Shown here: positions 24,789 through 32,000 of the stretch, piece after piece
Numbering within the stretch: position 1 is the first letter of the stretch
How the letters are laid out: each line of letters begins with the position of its first letter
Source: Candidatus Methanophagaceae archaeon
Lineage (GTDB): Archaea; Halobacteriota; Syntropharchaeia; Alkanophagales; Methanospirareceae
Direction: 5' to 3'
DNA: 32,000 nucleotides
Assembly (NCBI GenBank): GCA_003194425.1
Contig: PQXB01000001.1
Coordinates: forward strand, 70,444-102,443
The notes under the pieces: generated by a model
What the model was told of the DNA's origin: nothing
Databases searched by the model: none
What the model saw: only the letters and a program-made list of their open reading frames with translations
Position numbers and translations under genes: made by a program

Positions 24789-25385
24789 ATGAAGAAGGAC
24801 TGGGAGGCGTTGCTGCGGGAATTGCGGGAAATACACGAGGATTTCAGAGAAATCGCAGCAGCGGAGCTTGAGGTCGCGGAGTGGGTGCGGTGGAAGTGCA
24901 AGTTCGGGTGTAGGGCGTACGCCAAGCACCTCACCTGCCCGCCTTACGCACCGACGCCAGAGGAGACGAGAAGGCTCTTGGCAGGCTACGAGCGGGCGGT
25001 TGTCGCAAGGTTCGAGGAGGTGCAGCCGAACTCGGAGGTGCCGCCCGCACACATTCACCACTACCTCTGGGACGCGATTTTGAAGATGCACGAGACGATG
25101 TTTGAGTTGGAGCGGCACACTTTCCTCGCAGGCTACTACAAGGCGTTCGCGATGGCTGCGCTGCCCTGCTCCTACTGCAGCGACTGCCTGCCCGAGCGGG
25201 CGGGTTTTGTTCTCGAGGGTGAGGCGTCAAAGCGGTTCTGCGAGCGTCAGGAGCGGGCGAGACCCTCGATGGAAGCGTGCGGAATTGATGTTTTTAAAAC
25301 CGTGCAGAAGGTGGGTTACGAGTTAGAGGTGCGTAGGTCAGCAACCGAAGAGATAATTTTTTTTGGGCTGCTCTTGATTGAATAA
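24789..25385 (+). CDS. DUF2284-like predicted metal-binding protein
   Basis: The Cys-rich pattern CKFGCRAYAKHLTCPPYAPTPEETR...CSYCSDC...ACGIDVF matches my recollection of DUF2284. This family often neighbours NifX-like genes in anaerobes. Confidence 0.6.
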   Translation: MKKDWEALLRELREIHEDFREIAAAELEVAEWVRWKCKFGCRAYAKHLTCPPYAPTPEETRRLLAGYERAVVARFEEVQPNSEVPPAHIHHYLWDAILKMHETMFELERHTFLAGYYKAFAMAALPCSYCSDCLPERAGFVLEGEASKRFCERQERARPSMEACGIDVFKTVQKVGYELEVRRSATEEIIFFGLLLIE

Positions 25386-25427
25386 GTCGTAAAGAAAAGT
25401 AAAGTAAAATAGAGTGAAGGAGAGCAA

Positions 25428-25502
25428 GGGCTCGTGGCTTAGCTTGGATAAAGCACCGGCCTTCTAAGCCGGGGATCGCGGGTTCGAATCCCGCCGAGTC
25501 CG
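25428..25502 (+). tRNA. tRNA-Arg (anticodon UCU), 75 nt, no intron, CCA not encoded
   Basis: Hand-folded cloverleaf. Acceptor GGGCTCG/CGAGTCC with one G-U pair. D stem GCTT/AAGC. Anticodon stem CCGGC/GCCGG with loop CTTCTAA. Variable loop GGATC. T stem GCGGG/CCCGC with loop TTCGAAT. Discriminator G. Confidence 0.9.
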
Positions 25503-25507
25503 TCTCC

Positions 25508-25520
25508 TTAATTTTTTATT
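25508..25520 (+). terminator. Oligo-T tract after the tRNA (archaeal-type terminator candidate)
   Basis: ttaattttttatt with T6 at 25512-25517, 10 nt after the tRNA 3' end. Confidence 0.5.
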
Positions 25521-25628
25521 AGGTGCCCTCGCCTCGCTTTCCTTCCCTACTCAACCTAGCGAGAGGAACTTCAGAGTTTTTGGCTCCCCCTAAAATCTTA
25601 CTCACACGACAAATAAGACTTTAACTTA

Positions 25629-27791
<2,163 letters not shown>

Positions 27792-27828
27792 TTTCCTTCC
27801 TTATTTTAAAGATATTTTCGCATTGTTT

Positions 27829-27993
27829 TTACAGCAATCGCAGAAAATCCTCCCGCCTCAGACCCGCCTCCTTGATAATTCTATTCAGTGTGCCCTTCTT
27901 TAATGTCCCATGAACAGGAACTGTGATTTTGAGCGTTTTGCCGTCTTCAACCTTCTGAAGTCTAACATACGAGCCTCTTTACCGTGTTGCCAT
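27829..27993 (-). pseudogene. hicA: Decayed hicA (HicA/YcfA-type mRNA interferase toxin) remnant
   Basis: My translation is MATR*RGSYVRLQKVEDGKTLKITVPVHGTLKKGTLNRIIKEAGLRREDFLRLL*. The C-terminal two thirds match the HicA pattern (GSHxxL.., VPxH, LKxGTLxxIxKQAGL). The N-terminal ~25 aa are missing. An in-frame TAA lies at 27979-27981. The conserved GSH reads GSY. Confidence 0.65.
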
Positions 27994-28007
27994 AAATCCT
28001 GCCTTTC

Positions 28008-28208
28008 TTAGTGCTCTTCCGCGACTTTGAGCTGCGAGGACTGCAATAGTTCGCCTTCGTCCGGCTCAAGATAAAGCTCTACTGCTTCCTTGATATTTTT
28101 TAATGCCTCTTCGTCTGTCTCGCCTTGAGATATGCTCCCTGGGAGTGCGGGCACGTACACCGTGTACCCTCCCTCCTCTTGCGGTTCCAAAACTACTTTT
28201 AGTTTCAT
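28008..28208 (-). CDS. hicB: HicB-like (UPF0150 family) antitoxin
   Basis: KVVLEPQEEGGYTVYVPALPGSISQGETDEEALKNIKEAVELYLE is the classic HicB N-terminal fold signature. It sits directly upstream of the hicA remnant. Local GC is lower. Confidence 0.75.
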   Translation of the reverse strand: MKLKVVLEPQEEGGYTVYVPALPGSISQGETDEEALKNIKEAVELYLEPDEGELLQSSQLKVAEEH

Positions 28209-28304
28209 ATTTCCTCTTATGCCTCTTACTTTCCGATAGCCTGTATAAAATGTTTTCGATTTTTTTAGATGCTCTAAAAGTGAGAAGTTCTCATTTTATC
28301 CGTT

Positions 28305-28380
28305 CACCTCACTCCTCTCTTCACCTCACTCCTCTCTTCTCCTCACTCCTCTCTTCTCCTCACTCCTCTCTTCTCCTCAC
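28305..28380. repeat. 17-bp tandem repeat, ~4.5 units, straddling the mtaD stop codon
   Basis: Units cacctcactcctctctt at 28305 and 28322, ctcctcactcctctctt at 28339 and 28356, and a partial unit at 28373-28380. The mtaD stop (rc of tca at 28360-28362) lies in unit 4. The units are purine-rich on the mtaD sense strand. Confidence 0.95.
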
Positions 28381-29709
28381 GAGCTCGCGGGCGACTTCTC
28401 CCGCCTTCTCCTTCACCTCCTCTTCGCCCTCCACTTTCCCCCCCTTCATCAAAATCCTGCCGTCGCAAATCAGAGTGTCAACGCAACTCCCGTTCGCAGC
28501 GTAAACAATGTTTGAAATCAAATTGTGGCTCGGCACAAGTTCCGCCTTCTTCAAGTCCAGCAACGCAACGTCCGCCAGCCGCCCCTCTTCCACCGCCCCC
28601 GCGTTCAACCTGAACATTCTCGCCGCGTTGCGTGTCGCAAGTCCAAACGCCTCTTCTGCTGGCAGGCTCGTCGGGCTGCCAAACGCCTTCTGAAACAACG
28701 ACGCAATTTTCATCTCCTCAAAGAGGTCGAGGTTGTTGTTAGAGGCGCAGCCGTCGGTCCCGAGCGCGATATTTTCGTACAACCCCGCCCGCTTCAACTC
28801 CTCGTACGGCAGCCGCCCTGCTGACAATTTCATATTTGACGCCGGGCTGTGCACGATTTTCACCTCGTTCTTCTTCAGCAGCTCCACCTCCCGCCTGCTT
28901 AAGTGAACGCAGTGGCAGGCGACCGTTCTCGGACTCAAGAACCCAAGCCCGTCGAGGAACTCCACCGGCCGCTTCCCCCCGCGTCCTCCTTTACCCCCGC
29001 GTCCTCCTTTACCCCCGCCCCCTTCTCCACCCCCACACCGCTTCACACACTCCTCAACCTCCCCTGCGGTCTCGGACAAGTGAATGTGAACAAGGAGGTC
29101 GTGTTTCTCCGAGAAGTCCCGCACCCAGCAGAGGCTCTCCTCCGAGACCGTGTAAATCGCGTGCGGTCCGAGTGCGAAAATAATCCGTTCTGGAAATTTT
29201 TTGCTCTCTCTGTACAACGCCTCGTTCCTTTTCTGCTGCTCTCTCGCTCTGGTTTCGTCAAAGCCGTCGATAAAAACCGCGGACAACGCCGCCCGCATTC
29301 CGCTCTCGGCAACCGCCCTCGCACTCCCGCGCCAGTGCCAGTACATATCGTTGAAAAATGTCGTCCCGGATTTTATCATTTCCAAGCACGCGAGCCTCGT
29401 GCCCCAGTAAACGTCCTCCTCGGTCAGCCTCGCCTCAGCGGGCCAAATCTTCGTCTCTAACCACTCCTGAAGTGGCAGGTCGTCTGCGTAGCCGCGAAAC
29501 AAAGTCATCGCCGCGTGCGTGTGTGCGTTAAAAAGCCCCGGAATCGCGGCTTTGCCCCTGCCGTCCAGCACAAATTCCGCTTCTCTCTCTTTAAAACCGC
29601 CTGCTCCTGCCTCGCTAACCTCTTCAATTAAATTCCCCTCGATGAAAATGTCCCGCTCTCTGCCTGCTCCTCTACCGCCCAACAGCACGTTCTTTATCAA
29701 GATTGACAT
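28360..29709 (-). CDS. mtaD: Amidohydrolase: 5-methylthioadenosine/S-adenosylhomocysteine (5'-deoxyadenosine) deaminase
   Basis: Motifs ILIKNVLL, IPGLFNAHTHAAMTLFRGYADDLPLQEWL, VHIHLSET, HCVHL and GTDGCASNN. The insertion GGGEGGGGKGGRGGKGGRGGK comes from an 18-bp repeat at 28978-29031. Confidence 0.85.
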   Translation of the reverse strand: MSILIKNVLLGGRGAGRERDIFIEGNLIEEVSEAGAGGFKEREAEFVLDGRGKAAIPGLFNAHTHAAMTLFRGYADDLPLQEWLETKIWPAEARLTEEDVYWGTRLACLEMIKSGTTFFNDMYWHWRGSARAVAESGMRAALSAVFIDGFDETRAREQQKRNEALYRESKKFPERIIFALGPHAIYTVSEESLCWVRDFSEKHDLLVHIHLSETAGEVEECVKRCGGGEGGGGKGGRGGKGGRGGKRPVEFLDGLGFLSPRTVACHCVHLSRREVELLKKNEVKIVHSPASNMKLSAGRLPYEELKRAGLYENIALGTDGCASNNNLDLFEEMKIASLFQKAFGSPTSLPAEEAFGLATRNAARMFRLNAGAVEEGRLADVALLDLKKAELVPSHNLISNIVYAANGSCVDTLICDGRILMKGGKVEGEEEVKEKAGEVARELVRRREE

Positions 29710-29719
29710 TTTTTCTGCC

Positions 29720-29758
29720 CTCTACACTCTACATTCCAAAAACTCTACATTCCAAAAA
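29720..29758. repeat. 16-bp tandem repeat, ~2.4 units, straddling the DUF92 gene stop codon
   Basis: ctctacattccaaaaa at 29727-29742 and 29743-29758 are identical, preceded by partial ctctaca at 29720-29726. The stop (rc of cta at 29745-29747) and the last codons (FGM*) lie in the second unit. The duplicate sits in the 35-bp spacer before the mtaD ATG. Confidence 0.95.
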
Positions 29759-30578
29759 CCTGCCCCAAGAAAATTGCGAAGACGCCACCGAAGAGCGTGG
29801 CTAAAATGTTCACCTGATGCTTGTTCAGTTTTAGCGGGCGTCTGTCCTCAACGCTCGCTCCGAGCAGGCTGTCCACGACGCAGCCTACGAACCCCGAGAA
29901 GATGCAAAATAAAAAAAAACTGTAGTAGGGACCTCCGTCTCCGACGAACGCGAGAGCGGCGAGCGAAATCAAACCCGAGCCGAGCAGAGCAGCGCCGAGA
30001 CCTGCCAGACTGACGCCACCGTTCGTGCCAACAGGAACTTTTTTTAGCGTTGTGATTAGCCTCGGCTCTCCGCCGTCCGCCTGCCCGATTTCTGTTGAAA
30101 ATGTGTCTGCACAGGCGGTAGCGACCGCACCTGAGAAGCCGAGCAGGAAGACGGTCTTTTGAGAGAAGCCGTAAAAAACCGCGAAGACCAGCGGCGACAA
30201 GCCGTTGCCAAGCACATTATTTATGTCTCGCATTCCCTTGCTCCCTCCTCCCTTTCCTCCTCCTCCTCCTCCCTTTCCTCCTCCGCTTTCACCGCCTCCT
30301 CCTCCGCTTTCACCCCCTCCTCCGCCTTCTGCAACGCCGAGCAGTTCTTTCTTCTCGTACTTGTATTTCGTGACCAAGTTCCCAAAGACGAAGAACGCGA
30401 GTAGCAGAAGCAGACCCGCGTAGCCAAACTCGAGCCCCAACGCCAACAAAATCACCACGCCAAGCCCGAGCGTGCCGAGAAACGCGGAGGTGTTTATTTT
30501 GCGTTTTAGGTAAGCGTAAAGCACGAGCGAGAACGCTACCAAGACGGTAAGCCCGGTTAGAGTCGCAGTTTCAAACAT
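29745..30578 (-). CDS. DUF92 / TMEM19-family integral membrane protein (COG1836-like)
   Basis: Multi-pass hydrophobic profile. Conserved-looking blocks are NVLGNGL, ATACADTFSTEIGQ and PVGTNGGVSLAGL. I place the start at ATG 30578 (MFETATL), overlapping the upstream stop by 8 nt (ATGTTTGA). A Gly-rich loop comes from a 21-bp period at 30241-30330. Confidence 0.7.
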   Translation of the reverse strand: MFETATLTGLTVLVAFSLVLYAYLKRKINTSAFLGTLGLGVVILLALGLEFGYAGLLLLLAFFVFGNLVTKYKYEKKELLGVAEGGGGGESGGGGGESGGGKGGGGGGKGGGSKGMRDINNVLGNGLSPLVFAVFYGFSQKTVFLLGFSGAVATACADTFSTEIGQADGGEPRLITTLKKVPVGTNGGVSLAGLGAALLGSGLISLAALAFVGDGGPYYSFFLFCIFSGFVGCVVDSLLGASVEDRRPLKLNKHQVNILATLFGGVFAIFLGQVFGM

Positions 30579-31950
30579 TTTTACACCCCCTCGCAAAAAT
30601 CCTGTCAAAAGTCTCTCTCTCAATTTCTTCGAAAAATATCGCCCGTCCGACCTCGCCACGCAGCCGCCTGACCTCGCGTAGTCCCATCGCGCCGAGAACC
30701 TCAAGCAGCTGGTTCCGCCACGCACCGACGAGATTTATTATCCGCTGCGCCGCCCACTCGGCGTCCACTTCTTCCAACCCCACCGGACACTTCAGTCCCC
30801 GCCCCTTAGCGTTCAGTCCCCCCCCCTTAGCGTTCAGTCCCCGCCCCTTAGCGCACGCTCTGCAGTAGCGGCACTCCAGAGCCAAAAGAAGCGGCAGGTC
30901 AACCGCGGTCAAATCAGCACCGCAAATTATTGATTTCGCCACGTGCTCCGCCATTGCGATTCCTCCGCTCACTACGAGCGTTACCTCGTCCCGGATTCTA
31001 CGCTTCACCAAATGTCTGTGAACCTTCAGGGTCAGGTCATTTACAAATAAACTTTTTTCAAAAGTTTGCTGCGAGGTTTGTGCAGCGTTTTTGATCAAAC
31101 TTTTTTTGAAAGTTTGTCCGTTGAGGTCCGCACAAAGGTGAACGACTTCTACGCCTGCGTAGGTCAGTTCTTCCACGATTTCCGCTACTTCCTCGGCGAC
31201 GCTGAAAGGCACTCTCACCGCGACGAGCGTTCCAGGACTTAACCTCTTCGCCTCGCTCACTTCTCTCAAAACGCTTTCTCCACCGCCGTACTCAAATTCC
31301 ACCATTTTGCACACCTTAATCAAATCTTTCAGCGCAGCGTTTTTGGTCAAACTTTTTCTAAAACTTTGCGGCACCAAAAAATCCTTGTAGCCCGCGTTAA
31401 ACCACTCTCCTGCGTCCACAATCATAAAAGTGCCAAGACGAGAGGCAGCCCTCGCCACCGCTTCGTAGACGCTCTTAAACCTACCAAAAGGGAGTGCGTT
31501 AAAATTAAAAATTATCGGAATTGGAACGGTCAGTGTTGGTGGGACAGGAGACGCGATCTTCCCGTTACCGTGGACGTTACCGTGGGTGTTAACGTGGGTG
31601 TTAACGTGGGTGTTAAACTTGAGAGCAGGTAGCTTTCGCCCGACGTCCACTGCGGTGCTGATGTATTCGCGTCCGTGAATCCCGTCCCTCGTGGGTCGCA
31701 CGATTTCTGACATGTCCGTCCACATTGAATCGAAGCCTTCGCCTGAAAACGGTCCTGGGTAGCCCGCGCCAGAGACTGGGATCTTGCCGGTCTCCGCCTG
31801 GTACCAGTTCGTGCTGATTATTTCGGGCGTCCAGTAGGAGTCGCCGAGCAGGGAATATTCTGGGTTTTCACGGATGCTCAACGCCTCTCTCGGACACTCC
31901 TGCACGCAGCGGAAGCAGCCTTTACAGCGGTGTCCTTCGGGTTCTGCCAT
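30571..31950 (-). CDS. Glutamate-synthase domain-2-like (GltB FMN-binding domain) protein with N-terminal 4Fe-4S ferredoxin motif
   Basis: CKGCFRCVQECP near the N-terminus. GltB-domain-like blocks are MSEIVRPTRDGIHGRE and VVSGGIAMAEHVAKSIICGADL. The frame stays open upstream of ATG 31950 to the window edge (..VCVYEVHKRGEEDARK-M), so the true start may lie beyond 32000. Confidence 0.65.
   Translation of the reverse strand: MAEPEGHRCKGCFRCVQECPREALSIRENPEYSLLGDSYWTPEIISTNWYQAETGKIPVSGAGYPGPFSGEGFDSMWTDMSEIVRPTRDGIHGREYISTAVDVGRKLPALKFNTHVNTHVNTHGNVHGNGKIASPVPPTLTVPIPIIFNFNALPFGRFKSVYEAVARAASRLGTFMIVDAGEWFNAGYKDFLVPQSFRKSLTKNAALKDLIKVCKMVEFEYGGGESVLREVSEAKRLSPGTLVAVRVPFSVAEEVAEIVEELTYAGVEVVHLCADLNGQTFKKSLIKNAAQTSQQTFEKSLFVNDLTLKVHRHLVKRRIRDEVTLVVSGGIAMAEHVAKSIICGADLTAVDLPLLLALECRYCRACAKGRGLNAKGGGLNAKGRGLKCPVGLEEVDAEWAAQRIINLVGAWRNQLLEVLGAMGLREVRRLRGEVGRAIFFEEIERETFDRIFARGCKNV
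30791..30853 (-). repeat. 21-bp tandem repeat x3 inside the GltB-like gene
   Basis: ttcagtccccgccccttagcg at 30791 and 30833, and ttcagtcccccccccttagcg at 30812. They encode (A)KGRGLNAKGGGLNAKGRGL. Confidence 0.9.
31564..31611 (-). repeat. 12-bp tandem repeat x4 inside the GltB-like gene
   Basis: gttaccgtggac, gttaccgtgggt, gttaacgtgggt, gttaacgtgggt. They encode NTHVNTHVNTHGNVHGN. Confidence 0.9.
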
Positions 31951-32000
31951 TTTTCTCGCGTCTTCTTCCCCCCGTTTGTGTACCTCGTAGACGCAAACGC

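Noticed and set aside
25530-25575. Hairpin (ctcgct...agcgag) downstream of the tRNA as a structured RNA or terminator
   Set aside because: It has only a 6-bp stem with a ~19-nt loop. That is too weak to call, and the oligo-T tract is the better terminator candidate.
28305-28380. Possible CRISPR array, given the Cas4-like gene in the window
   Set aside because: The units are contiguous 17-mers with no spacers. The same holds for all other repeats here. No cas1, cas2 or effector genes and no leader are present, so this is not a CRISPR locus.

Overview
High-GC archaeal chromosomal segment of about 31 protein genes and one tRNA, called by motif recognition only (no searches were run). Lineage markers are H4MPT/F420-type C1 metabolism (mch, cofG, hdrA), the PolD large subunit and archaeal r-proteins L6 and L32e. 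This fits a methanogen, ANME or Archaeoglobi-like euryarchaeon; I cannot name the organism. Most genes are housekeeping: trpE/trpG, serA, pyrH, an ITPase, hisD, an M20 peptidase, a purine PRTase, mtaD/dadD, a crotonase, trmO, an IMP-cyclohydrolase-domain protein, a NifX-like protein, DUF2284, DUF92 and a GltB-domain protein.

The most unusual signal is at DNA level. Almost every gene carries one or more short, often perfect, in-frame tandem repeats with units of 6 to 27 bp, and one of 123 bp. They encode low-complexity peptides such as (GE)~11, SWEGS x5, TTTRTARTA x3, GVERE x3, GGKx x5 and NTHV x4. Repeats whose unit is not a multiple of 3 (5, 16 and 17 bp) occur only outside or at the very end of genes, and three of them straddle stop codons.

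Accessory-looking elements are a membrane-anchored coiled-coil protein ending in a NucS/DUF91-like PD-(D/E)xK nuclease domain and a CRISPR-less Cas4-like gene heading a five-gene cluster. There is also an intact hicB next to a decayed hicA, and a lower-GC beta-helix surface protein. L6 and L32e lie apart from each other and outside any ribosomal cluster.
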